A stretch of 63,335 nt of DNA, the filler included, from Phoronis australis (Eukaryota > Animalia > Phoronida), in NCBI GenBank assembly GCA_002633005.1. It is 6 parts of 6 records of this genome, joined end to end, with 100 filler letters (N's around TTAATTAATTAA, not from the genome) between each part and the next. Parts side by side here need not be neighbours in the genome. Positions count along the whole stretch, not along the records: positions 1 to 29,838 come from NMRA01000549.1; positions 29,939 to 32,445 come from NMRA01001795.1; positions 32,546 to 42,492 come from NMRA01001778.1; 3 more parts are not named here. One strand, written 5' to 3'. Both the position numbers and the translations under genes were made by a program. This document shows, one piece after another, positions 26,614 to 37,695 of this stretch. Positions within the stretch are counted from its first letter, which is position 1. Every line of letters starts with the position of its first letter. Below the pieces are notes generated by a model. It had not been told where the DNA came from, searched no databases, and was given only the letters and a program-made list of their open reading frames with translations.

Positions 26614-29600
26614 AAACATAGGTAGAGTTGAAGTCACGTGGTTTTAGTAGAGCGGAGTGGTCCGTCATCTTGATGATGAACCATGTTAGTCGAGATGCGT
26701 GTGTACTGTGTAGTATCTAGGAACCAATATTGGTAACAACGCGAGATTTCAAGTAAAAACTCATAGCTTTAATGTTAGGATAACAAGTGCAAACTAGGAT
26801 TCTTAGAAAATCATCCAAGAAAATCATTGCATACTTGTGCACTGAATTGAAGGGTCTTGGCACTTATCTTTAGTTATACCAGAAAACATCAAAAATAAAA
26901 TTTGATTTCCAGATTAGACCCAGAATCAATGATGTATTTTCTGGTCTTTCAAGGTTAAAAATTTGAAACTGAAATAAAATGTTTTTGTGGGTGAGAATTC
27001 GATAGCAGAAACAATGTTGTCCAGCTTCATTTGGTCCCTAGAACACCTACTTTTAATAAAAACACCATGTGTTTTACTTGACTTTCTTTCTTAGTCCGAT
27101 ATGTCTAAGGGTTAGGTGACCTTATTCTCTATAAGATATCTGTTGTTCTCTAGCAGCGAAGGAACACAAAAAGTGACTACAAGATTAATAGTTGTACATT
27201 TTTACAGATTGGACACCAATTTGAAGATTTATTAATATAGCCAGGTTATTAGGAACAGGGCAGGATCGAAGGAAGGGATACCCCAAGAATGGTACACCCC
27301 ACAATGTTATGTTGGGACGGTAGATCGGTTGTTTCTGTATACTTCAAGAGATGGGACAAATGTTATTATGTAGCCAGGCAAGCTATTAAAATCTACAACT
27401 GTCTTACTTGAGGAAAAACATCATTTTTATATTCTGTCCTCATTGTTTATGGTCTTCTAATACATACAGCGTATTCATGTCTGAGTATGTAGGACAGGGC
27501 AGATAGAATTTATTACCATTGAGTTTTGTCGTATTCATTTTGTGGTGGGGTCAATATAAATGTACTGGTAACACAATTGTGTGCCAGTAAATGTCGGATC
27601 CAACTGAATTGAGGGATTAAATTAGAGTTGGTTGAAATCTGACTTTTGCTGAAGTGGAGTGCATGAACCAGTACGGTACAGTACTGTCACGGTGTGATTT
27701 TACTGCGTAATGCTGATATTTTGAAATGAATATATTTTAAAATAAGTCAAACTTTATTGTTTGAAATGGTTACAGTATCTCAGTATGTCATTTCTGGGTG
27801 AACATTTTTGTTGTCCTTCTCGTTCTGGATGGCCAATCAGATGGAAGTGTGCTTATTATTGACAGAAAAAATATGCGATTCCGCACATCATGGTCGGATA
27901 AAAAGGGTACATTGATTGGTGTAAAAATTGATATTGGTAAAACCTAATAATGCGAACGCCTTTTTAGAACTCTAGTTCCGTGTATATACATGTATTACAG
28001 TCGGCGTGTTGATTTACAACAGAGTCTATGATACAACTGTTTGAACTGTGAGACCATGTCGTTTTTATCTGTACAAATTACCAGTTCACCACACTAAGAT
28101 GAATTAGGTACTCGGACAAGTAATACTACTTGTACATAGTTAAAGAAAAGTAGCGTATCACTGATTAAGAAACTTTCGTTGAGACACTTCAGCACCCCTT
28201 ACATGCGTTTTATTTTTTGAAAAAACGTCAGCATATTGATGTAATTATTATTCTTTGGTATAACCCGAAGTAGACAATTCCAATCACTTTTCGGGAAATT
28301 GGGTCTGTGCAAATGCCCACTTCGACCTCCGGCTTCGGCCGCCCAAGCAGTGGTATTCAATCGCAGCCACACGCGGCTAACCAATGAATGTGTGCGTATC
28401 TTACCAACCAGCTAGTACAGGATGTTTTTGGTGTCATTTGTGCATTCTTCTTTTTCATTGAAATACTTAATGTTAACATATCATTTTTTATAACTCTATC
28501 GTTTTGCAAAATTTTGCTCCTAACTTTCATTTAAACTGGCCTATGCCCTCAATTCCGAATATGCACATGCACACAAACACATGTACAGTTCCTTTGGTCA
28601 ATTGTTAAATACAATGACACAACTTTACATGCACGCATGCTGCTGCTTGTATGCTCATAGATTTCCATGGGTTTCTATTAATTTTTTTCCACTTAGTGTT
28701 CAAGTGCTTCACACGAACGCATGCCTCAAATCTTTTTGTTAAAAAAACCAAGTGGCGTCGGGTCAAGGAATTTTTAGACCCATACTAAAAACTTCGAAAA
28801 TGCAGTGATGTAATGGTGCGCCCGAAAGCGGTCCCCTGGACAGCTGATCGTCTTGTCGGCTTATAAACAACTGGGAAACAAGTACTAAACAATTAATGTA
28901 TAATACCATTTTCTAAACATTATACATTTTAGTGATTGTCTTTTCGACAAAACCTCCAAGGCCCTAACAGCACTCCATTAGATTTTCGGCCAAAGCGTTA
29001 AGATTTTTGTCTTTGCAATGGCTTATATTATCGTATAAGCACAAGTCACAAGTTTACATTGCTTTTTGTTACCAATATTTTAAAACCTCGTTAGTATTTA
29101 AAATTTCAAATTTTATTCTGAAAAATCCCCAGATTCCATAAGGCCACCGTGTTTAGTGTTTACATGTACATAGAGTTCATAATCAATATGGCGGACCTCG
29201 TGCCATGCGCTGTCTCTCTTGCGACGTGTCGTCTCTATGTATATAGCTAATTGGACTTAACCGCTGCGCAACTCAGTAGCTGACGTCATCGAATGTGAAA
29301 ATAGAACACTTAAATGAGCACGCGCAATAACGGCGTGTTCAACAAACGGCACGTAACTGTTTCGACATTTATACGCTATGAAAATCAGACACGCAATTTC
29401 AGTAAAAACGGCAACCTTAATTCAGTAAAATTTATCTGTCATTTTCTCTCACTTGTAAATCACCTATCTCCAGTTTTGAATGCGGGTAACGTGTCGTCGG
29501 GATCCTCAGCAACCAGTGGTGACCTAGTTTAGCAGACGATATCTTCACATTAGAAGCCTAGCATGATAAGACGGTGTAGTAAGCTAGACCAGTAGCATAA

Positions 29601-29620
29601 AACGTATTTTACAGATTCTC

Positions 29621-29838
29621 TTTATTACTTGGCGGAATTCTTCCGCCAAGTATGTTGCTCTGACTGCAAGTTTTTTTTTTTACTTGGCGGAATTCTTCCG
29701 CCAAGTGTGTTGCTCTGACAGCAAGTTTTTTACTTGGCGAAATAAATTTCGCCAAGTATGTTGCTCTTCCACTAAGTTTTTTTACTTGGCGGAATTCTTC
29801 GAATTCCGTCAAGTATGTTGCTCTGACAGCAAGTTTTT
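29621..29838 (+). repeat. tandemly amplified 5' end of the same HINE family
   Basis: Four ~50-55-bp units TTACTTGGCGGAATTCTTCCGCCAAGTATGTTGCTCTGACAGCAAGTTTT, matching 20941-21045. Truncated by the spacer. Confidence 0.8.
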
Positions 29839-29938
29839 NNNNNNNNNNNNNNNNNNNNNNNNNNNNNNNNNNNNNNNNNNNNTTAATTAATTAANNNNNN
29901 NNNNNNNNNNNNNNNNNNNNNNNNNNNNNNNNNNNNNN
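29839..29938. other. artificial contig spacer (also 32446-32545, 42493-42592, 58251-58350, 61702-61801)
   Basis: Identical 100-bp N-TTAATTAATTAA-N linker with stops in all six frames. Confidence 0.97.
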
Positions 29939-30265
29939 ACAAAGATATGTTGCACATAAGTACATGTATTTAACATATCTAAAAGGCAGTTGGCTCATTT
30001 TGTAGGGACTTTAACTGATTATCTTGATGGCAATGGTGAAACAACGAGTAAATTCTAAATACTAATCAGAAGTCGAAAACGAACCCCTTTCAATATCAAG
30101 GAAGATATATCACGATAACCTGCTTAGCAAAAGACTCAGTGGTACTCTTTGAAAGACTTAACTATGATAAAATTGATTCTCTTCTGGAGTTTAGGCCGCA
30201 AGATGCAGTTCAAACATGACGATGGTTTATTTTCTCTCTCAGTGAATACCACATAGCTCACGTAC

Positions 30266-30488
30266 CTTCGTTCCGTACATCTCCACCAGCATCCGCTGCT
30301 TTGCCTTTGCATATGGATCTTTCGGTGTAAGACAATTCTCATCATACACTTCGTCTAAGTAGTCGCAACCTATTGAAGAATCGGACACGATCTTTCCATC
30401 CACTTCCAGTACGGGAACCTTGCCAAGAGGATTTTTCTTTAAAAACCAATCTGGTTTGTCCCTCAGGTTGATATTTACCGTCTCGTAA
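30266..30488 (-). CDS. GSTO: omega-class glutathione S-transferase, internal exon
   Basis: AG/GT-bounded 223-nt phase 2-0 exon: YETVNINLRDKPDWFLKKNPLGKVPVLEVDGKIVSDSSIGCDYLDEVYDENCLTPKDPYAKAKQRMLVEMYGTK. In frame with the upstream exon. C-terminal exons are lost at the contig end. Confidence 0.93.
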
Positions 30489-31392
30489 CTAAAATGTAAT
30501 TAAAACGTCCATTCCTGATCTGTGTTCCTTAGAGCAATTTTCAACGAGTGAGTGTTTCGCGACAAAAAACTGGAGACCGTATACATGTAAGTAGCAAAAC
30601 AACCACCACTGAAGAGGCTGGTCCCACAAAATTCGCGGTTGCAGTTCCATTGACTTTTGTCCATACAGACAGACGGCATGGACACGTCATATTGCAATGG
30701 ATTGGGAGATTCCGGTCACCCGAACCTGAGTGAAACCAACCCACGAAACACAGAACATACTATTACATTATTTTCAGCAACATTTTGTCTGGATGAGTGA
30801 CCTTGCACAAATTGCAAAACGTAAACAGGGCAATAGGTGAAGATTTTCAATCACAAATCACCCCGAGTGTCTTGGGTTGTAAAACCTAGTCTTGGGTTTC
30901 TCTAATCAGCCATAACAGTTGCAGTCATTCCAAGAACCTAGACGGTTTCGCTGAAACGAATTGCGTATGACGGTACAGAGAGATAGCTTATCCTCACTTT
31001 CTGGATTTTGCTCTCATCAGCATCTTTGGTCATGCGTTCCTGCGTTTATGGGATTGGGTGATACAGACTTTGTTACAGTGATAACAAATCGTGATACACG
31101 GTAACGGTTGAGTCATTTTAAAAGACGACTGATCTGCCGTCACTGTTTGTGTCCTCTCTTTCATTTCTTTTTCCCAGTCTTTTATGATTCGCAGTGGACT
31201 ACCCATGCACCTGAATGGGCAGGACACACAGTGTGGTTTTTGGTTTCAGTATTCCAAATCCCATCTAGTAAAGTAACAACTGTCTTTACTCTAGTGATGA
31301 GCCGCCGGCTACAATCTCAAAATAATTTACAGTATATGGTCCAAGTGAAGCTCGATGTTGTCAGAGCTGCTAAACGGGAATTACCGTATATA

Positions 31393-31548
31393 CAGTGCTG
31401 TAGTGGGGCGTAGGTGCACGTAGGCGCAGCCAACCACCTTTTGGCATTTGAACGTAGCGCCTACGCTCCGTAAGTTACGTTCAGTGCTCGAGGTGATACG
31501 GTGGGCTTTGGGCGCCTACTTACCTCTAATTTTACCACTACAGCACTG
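31393..31548. mobile_element. hAT-type MITE in GSTO intron
   Basis: Perfect 14-bp TIR CAGTGCTGTAGTGG. 8-bp TSD CGTATATA / CGTATACA (7/8). Confidence 0.85.
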
Positions 31549-31620
31549 CGTATACAAGATCGTTACATAAAGTTATCACATGAACTAAAATGGACGCGAA
31601 CAAACAAATACCATTCTTAC

Positions 31621-31805
31621 ATGATTCCTTTGTGCGCCAAAACTAGTCTTGTTCTTTGCGCATATGGGCAAAATCTCATGCTATAGAGTCGCAGTTTGGC
31701 CGGCTGAAGTGTTGGTTCTGGTGTATCTGAAATTAAACGAAAGGGACATGTCAGTGCATCACATTTTAAAAGGACGCCCTCTAAAGTCTTTCCTTCGCTG
31801 TACAT
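31621..31805 (-). CDS. GSTO: omega-class GST 5' coding region (ATG at 31805; exon 31726-31621; possible 51-nt intron 31777-31727)
   Basis: MYSEGKTLE..TPEPTLQPAKLRLYSMRFCPYAQRTRLVLAHKGI contains the omega-class active-site motif SMRFCPYA. Donor GTAAG at 31620. Confidence 0.9.
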
Positions 31806-32721
31806 GATATTGAAAATCACTTTTATTTTTGATGTGCTTACTGACAAAGGTAAACTGGTATGTTTCGTTACCGACTTCAAAAACCGAACATTCTGAGCAA
31901 TGCACTCGTCTTTATCATTGGGGAAAGAAAAATAGCACTTGATTCGCCGCAACGGTTCTGGCCAATCAACGGGATATGGCATAGGTGCGTATCTCGAGAA
32001 AGTCTTGGATTTTTGCACGATTCTCTAGTCTTCGCAGACCCTGTGTGAAAAGATGATGAAGGACATACACAATAAATTAACCGTGTCCATGCTTTGGTTT
32101 GGGCATTTTCCCTGTATACGATAGGTACGGGAATGATAATGAAACGTATAGTGAATTGTGAATTTGTTTGACGCATTGTAAAACAGTAAAAATTTCGAGC
32201 TTCCGAGGGATGCTTTCCGCCAGTCTCTTCTCGTGGCTGCAGCCGTACAAGCCTCAAATGCATTCCTCAATCGGGATGTTTCAATGTTATTTTCCAATCA
32301 ATCGAAATCTCCGAGTATTAATTATTTTATTTTGTTAATTAACCAGGCGCCTTGACGCATTATCTTTACAGAATTGTACAAAGTGATAAAGAGGGTAGAT
32401 CCGGGCTGCGTTCAGGGGCGGATCCAGGATTTTGAGTTGGGCGGGNNNNNNNNNNNNNNNNNNNNNNNNNNNNNNNNNNNNNNNNNNNNTTAATTAATTA
32501 ANNNNNNNNNNNNNNNNNNNNNNNNNNNNNNNNNNNNNNNNNNNNAAGAGAGATTCAAAAACGGTTGAATCGCCTGTGGTCACTGTGGCCGGACGACCAA
32601 TGTTCGGTGTGAATGAAACCTTATTGAAATACTTTTTCGACGGCATTTGAAAGTTACAGCAACGTTTATTTTTCGAAAATTGTTACAAAAAGTAAATCGA
32701 TTCATATGAAGAAATAACGAC

Positions 32722-32770
32722 ATGTCGGTGCTGAATGGTAACGCTGCGATTACCGTGCTGATTCAGGCAG
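32722..32770 (+). CDS. predicted exon 1 (signal peptide-like) of a secreted TSP1-repeat protein
   Basis: ATG...MSVLNGNAAITVLIQA G|gtaaaa. Phase 1 fits the acceptor at 33281. Confidence 0.45.
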
Positions 32771-33017
32771 GTAAAATAACTTCTTAACGTTACAAAAATG
32801 GTCTCAACCTCTTCTGCACTCGCTAGAAATGTCCTAATGGTTGTAAAGAGCTGAGAACTTGTGATTACTCAGTTGAGGCCAAACTGATCAATGTGGGGTT
32901 TATCCGACTGGCGACATTTTATACGCGGTGATGGTGTTCTCAAGACATCATATAAAGCGGCGTGGTGCCAATGAATGGTATGAGACTTGCCAAATGAGGT
33001 GGAAGGCTAGTTTATTA

Positions 33018-33178
33018 CAGGGCGTAGCTAAGGTTAAAGAAGGGGGGGAGGCAAATCGTCCCGGGCATCTCCTCGTCAGAGGAGAGCAAGCGAGTAAAGC
33101 GCGAAGCGGGCGGATCAAAGTTACCGTTACTCGTATCATCCGCCAAGCTTAAACAATAATTAGTTAGCTACGCCCACG
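33018..33178. mobile_element. small MITE
   Basis: 12-bp inverted repeat GGGCGTAGCTAA / TTAGCTACGCCC. No clear TSD. Confidence 0.5.
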
Positions 33179-33281
33179 ACGCCAGATTATAAACACTCTG
33201 AACAAGACAGTGCAAAAATGGCACAACATAGTCATGTAGCCTAAAATCTGTTTGTGCAGGTGTCTTATTCTCTATTGGCAG

Positions 33282-33441
33282 TTGCCCTCCAGGCTGATGG
33301 TTCCTGTAGCAACGACGAAAAGACAGCGATAACCGGATGTTTGAATACATATCTGAACGCAGATTCGCACAGAAAAAATGAACTACCACTGGTGAAGTTG
33401 GGCATGAAACCTAAATGCTCAGATGTGGACACTGATTGCAG
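33282..33441 (+). CDS. predicted exon 2, Cys-rich N-terminal domain
   Basis: tctattggcag|...TGCAG|gtagga. VALQADGSCSNDEKTAITGCLNTYLNADSHRKNELPLVKLGMKPKCSDVDTDC, phase 1-2 (alternative acceptor at 33259). Confidence 0.6.
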
Positions 33442-34055
33442 GTAGGAGAAGTCAGACCTACAGCGGCGGGTCATTCCACTCTCTGGTCATTGTTATGTGG
33501 AGCCAGTGGCATAGCTAATGGATGCGCTCCGGGTGCATCCCGACAGATTGTGACAAGGGCGGAGCGTGTTCTTATTCCGCACGCAATCAATCATTGGGGT
33601 GTACTGTATCACATAACGTTTATATAAGTAGTCTTGAAGCGGATATAAAACCGCCTTTCACCAAAAAACTTGTGTCATCTTTTAGGGAATTGATTTTGAA
33701 TTAGTCACGAGTGAAACTAAACATTTCGTTATTGCTTCAGATGAGGCTAAAAAGATGTTTTGTCACGGCATACAATGACTGGTCAGGTTGCATGCACTCT
33801 GACTAATGTTTACATGTACGTGCAGTGCCAGATCACGCAACCTTTTGATATGTCCTTTTATGTGAAGTTTTGTGGAAATTTGAATGGCTCCAAAACCTTT
33901 ATCATTAATTTCTGGCGCTTTACATTCATATTCCCAACTGCATTTCATATTCCACGTCGTTTATTACAACTCTTGTGTGGAATGAGGTTTGCGTCTCTAG
34001 CATAAGTCGCCCATGCATGGTATTAGTTTTTCCCTGTTGTTCTACTTGACTTCTA

Positions 34056-34286
34056 ATATTTTATATTTTTAAAAAGGAAACATGCTTTATCCAAGGGCTG
34101 ATATACTGCACGGTCTTCAACAGGTTCTCACTCAGTCCCTTGCACACGATAACAAGTAAGACCAAGCTCAAAGGAATAGGAGCCATCTTTGTGCAATGCT
34201 CGAATGTCAGCCAGTGAAGCCAGGAGTTGAACCCAGGTCTCTCATGCGGGAGTCCGGAGCTCTAACCACTGAGCCACACTGGCTCC
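34056..34286 (-). mobile_element. tRNA-derived SINE
   Basis: Head GGAGCCAGTGTGGCTCAGTGGTTAGAGC...GGGTTCAACTCCTGGC with Pol III A and B boxes, a ~150-bp unrelated body and an A-rich tail. Confidence 0.75.
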
Positions 34287-34537
34287 TCAAATAAAAACAA
34301 AAGTACACATGCACAGCGGCATATATTGCCGCCTGCGGTGTTTTTCCTAGGGTTTCTCACTGAGTGCTTAAGAATTACTTGGTTCCAGAAATAACGAGAT
34401 ACGTGCACTAAAGCTGAAGTTCTCAATACTGACAATAGTCCACTTACAGTGTAGGTATGCATGGCAGGAGGTCAAGAGGTGCGCGCTTGTTATTCAAGAG
34501 TCACTTACTGCTGTCTTTGATATTCTACAATTTATAA

Positions 34538-35054
34538 AGTGCTTTCCCATTAGAGGCAAAACTTTGCTTTTACCGAGGTTTCGGTAAGTGGGAAAGATTA
34601 ACTCCGGTAGTTAATATGCAAGCGAAACTTCGCTTCAAATAATAGTATTTAAAGGCGAAGCTTCGGCACTCACCGAAACTTCGATGAGTGGGAACAGTCA
34701 AAGCGAGGCTTCGTCGAAGTAATCGGTAGAGGTCGCGACAACGATATACGATGTCGCGAGATTCCTTGTTGTACTTTAGCCGACGTGCTCTCAACAGACA
34801 CACGAAAATAAATAAAAGAAAGCATATCTGATGAATAAATGACACTTATCATTTTCACAAACACTCGTAAATGGCAGGAGAGCAATTTTCAGTTAGCCTC
34901 GAACCCACTGCTCAATATTTGTCTGAGAGTACGTGAATGAACTTCGTCGTCTGGTATCTTAGCGATAACGTCAATATCTCTTGTTAAGTGGGAAAGGTAA
35001 GCGAAGTTTCGGCAAAGCTTCAGTAAACCAAAGTTCCCCTAATGGGAAAGCGCT
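34538..35054. mobile_element. MITE with ~40-bp imperfect TIR
   Basis: AGTGCTTTCCCATTAG...ACTTTG / CAAAGTTCCCCTAATGGGAAAGCGCT, with internal CGAAACTTCG motifs in both orientations. Confidence 0.75.
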
Positions 35055-35859
35055 CATAGTTAGTCTCGAATCCAGATTCTATCTGGCATTAGAGTTTGGA
35101 ATATATCCCCAAAACGGGGCCATTTTGCAATATTTTTACAGAATTAAAATTTTATTTGTTTTGAAAAATGCGTATTTCAACCTAGGACCAATATCATATT
35201 ACTCCCGGATTTCAACATTTCATAGTGTTCCCATTCTGCCGTTTTCTGTTTGTTTTTTCTCAGACACCTGTTGTTCAGTGATTTCAATTTGTCTCTGTTC
35301 CTTTTTGAAATAAAGTACTGAACTAGAAGGTCAGCTGTACCGTGAACAGTACATGTAGGTATGGTGGTCACAACTCGTGTTTATCCTCTGAGTTTTGTCC
35401 CGCGTTAGGTTAAGAGTGTAACATGTTTTTATGCTCAGTTGATTTGAATGCACCCGTTGACCCCATCATTGGATTGCCGAGTAAAGAACCTGAAGTTACC
35501 CATCTCGAATGCTTTACTAATTGCCATGTCTTCGCTGAGGTTGAGTTTTAATTAGCACATTTATTTATCTAAACATCATTCAACAAAGAATGGACTCACC
35601 GGAGACAGCCCAAGAGTTGTTATCTCTGCGGCGAAAGATGTTAAAGTTGAGTCCCGGTGAGTTGCCAGCAGTCACTGGTACGGTGCGCGGCTTTAGACGC
35701 TCTGCGGCTGGGTTAAAGATCTTTTATAGGCCTAACTATCCCCAATTCCCGTACCAGTATGAATTTCAAAAAATAACTTGACTTGGCTGCGTCAGATGTG
35801 ATATGCGACGTTGATGTTGAAATTGCGCCATATTTTTTATGTTGATTTCCTTTGTTGGT

Positions 35860-36730
35860 TTATAATTCATATATTGCAATGTAGGCATCCTGGGGAGGCT
35901 TGGATGTACTTGTGACTGTAGAGTCGTCAAAATTTATCCATTCCCATGCTGACGATTTAACACAGCATGTATAATGACCACCCGTCGTCTTTCTTCCATG
36001 GTGTTCAATGACTGCTTTTATTTTGTAGCCGGAGAGGTCATACGAGGAAATCTTTGTGTTGATTTTTTCACCATTAGTCGCGGTACGTAAGATATGAATA
36101 CAAAGGTATTTTGGCGGTTTTACTAATGACCATGTGAGCTGGCCACTGAGACTATTACAGTTTGGGCAACTAAAGTCCTCGATGTCCAACGACGTCCACA
36201 AGCTGTGCCACAACTCCTGCATAGTTATTTCTTTCCTTAGCGTTGGGAGGTAGACGGTCAACTCCCAGTCTATCTGTGTTTTTTCCTTTGTTGTTGTGCA
36301 GTTATTACAGCTCCTAGTTTGCTTCTTCACGTGTTGGAAGGTACTAGTAACCTCAGACGTTACATTATCAGCGTTGTGAGCAAGTGTGTCAACGTGCCAT
36401 TGGTTCAGTAACCATAGTAAAAATTCATGGGCATCCTGTTGACTTCCGTTGCCAAGAGAGTTGTTCTGTAATCTTAGTTTATTCAAAATTTCAGACGGAG
36501 TTGATGTATACCTTTTAGTTGCTTCATATGTGTTCACAAGGATGGTTTTCATATTGTTTTTCTTGTTGATATTGTATTTGTGCCAGTTGAGGTTGCATGA
36601 AAAGATAGCTTGAAGTGTAGAGTTCACAAAACACGTGTTTCCAATATTGCAAAGACCAAATCTTTTATCTTTTGTTGATTTTTCGTTTGTCTTCCTTGAT
36701 ATCGGGGATGACGAAGTAGCTAATTGTGTT
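35860..36730 (-). CDS. ubiquitin-specific protease (peptidase C19) catalytic domain, 5' end open into gap
   Basis: Cys box GLCNIGNTCFVNSTLQ, QQDAHEFL, CxxC pairs CNNC and CPNC, PPKYLCIHILR, His box AVIEHHG..TGGHYT and W..FDDS.V. No stops or introns over 290 codons. Confidence 0.93.
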
Positions 36731-37362
36731 NNNNNNNNNNNNNNNNNNNNNNNNNNNNNNNNNNNNNNNNNNNNNNNNNNNNNNNNNNNNNNNNNNNNNN
36801 NNNNNNNNNNNNNNNNNNNNNNNNNNNNNNNNNNNNNNNNNNNNNNNNNNNNNNNNNNNNNNNNNNNNNNNNNNNNNNNNNNNNNNNNNNNNNNNNNNNN
36901 NNNNNNNNNNNNNNNNNNNNNNNNNNNNNNNNNNNNNNNNNNNNNNNNNNNNNNNNNNNNNNNNNNNNNNNNNNNNNNNNNNNNNNNNNNNNNNNNNNNN
37001 NNNNNNNNNNNNNNNNNNNNNNNNNNNNNNNNNNNNNNNNNNNNNNNNNNNNNNNNNNNNNNNNNNNNNNNNNNNNNNNNNNNNNNNNNNNNNNNNNNNN
37101 NNNNNNNNNNNNNNNNNNNNNNNNNNNNNNNNNNNNNNNNNNNNNNNNNNNNNNNNNNNNNNNNNNNNNNNNNNNNNNNNNNNNNNNNNNNNNNNNNNNN
37201 NNNNNNNNNNNNNNNNNNNNNNNNNNNNNNNNNNNNNNNNNNNNNNNNNNNNNNNNNNNNNNNNNNNNNNNNNNNNNNNNNNNNNNNNNNNNNNNNNNNN
37301 NNNNNNNNNNNNNNNNNNNNNNNNNNNNNNNNNNNNNNNNNNNNNNNNNNNNNNNNNNNNNN

Positions 37363-37695
37363 GCATTTAACCTAAATGCCAAGAGAGATGGATTCCATGC
37401 ATAAAGACTCTTGCTCCAGGATACATCAAGTGACATAACTACATCCCATCTGAGCCATAACCCTTGTTTGGCACAGCTATACAGATATAAGAGTGCTTTG
37501 TTTTCGTCGACTTCCTTTATACGTTTCGTTATAGATGCTCTATGTTCCTTGGTTGTCATGTTCTTGACGAATTTTCTATTATTTGTGTTATAACCCAAAC
37601 CTTTCCTGTCATTATGACTTATCGAATTACAAATTTCATTCAGAACTATATCCCTTTCTCTCTCTTCGAGTTCTTTTATGCCATTCCATAGTGTT
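37363..37695 (-). CDS. post-reverse-transcriptase region of a HERO-like non-LTR retrotransposon ORF (partial)
   Basis: LWNGIKELEERE...DRKGLGY...RASITKRIKEVDE...AKQGLWLRWD...VSWSKSLYAWNPSLLAFRLNA matches the recalled R.GLG / QG.W..W / .W..L / L.F pattern that precedes the CCHC knuckle and RLE in HERO-clade elements. Confidence 0.7.

Larger units (their letters stand above)
35830..37695 (-). mobile_element. 5'-truncated HERO-like RLE non-LTR retrotransposon with 3' USP domain (spans scaffold gap)
   Basis: The post-RT segment (37695-37363) and the USP ORF (36730-35860) are co-oriented and intronless, separated only by 632 N. A short A-rich stretch follows the stop. The linkage is inferred. Confidence 0.6.

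Noticed and set aside
22450-29600. Short ORFs such as 24212-24418 and 26074-26439
   Set aside because: No recognisable motifs or phase-consistent exon chain. Treated as non-coding or old repeat, though small exons cannot be excluded.
29621-29838. CRISPR-like array of palindromic repeats
   Set aside because: The intervening segments are near-identical rather than unique spacers, there are no cas genes, the context is eukaryotic and the unit matches a HINE terminus.
34215-34286. tRNA gene
   Set aside because: A and B boxes are present but the anticodon arm and acceptor stem do not pair properly, and it continues into a SINE body and tail.
36635-37404. Long poly-X ORFs in the track
   Set aside because: Artefacts of translating the N gap.
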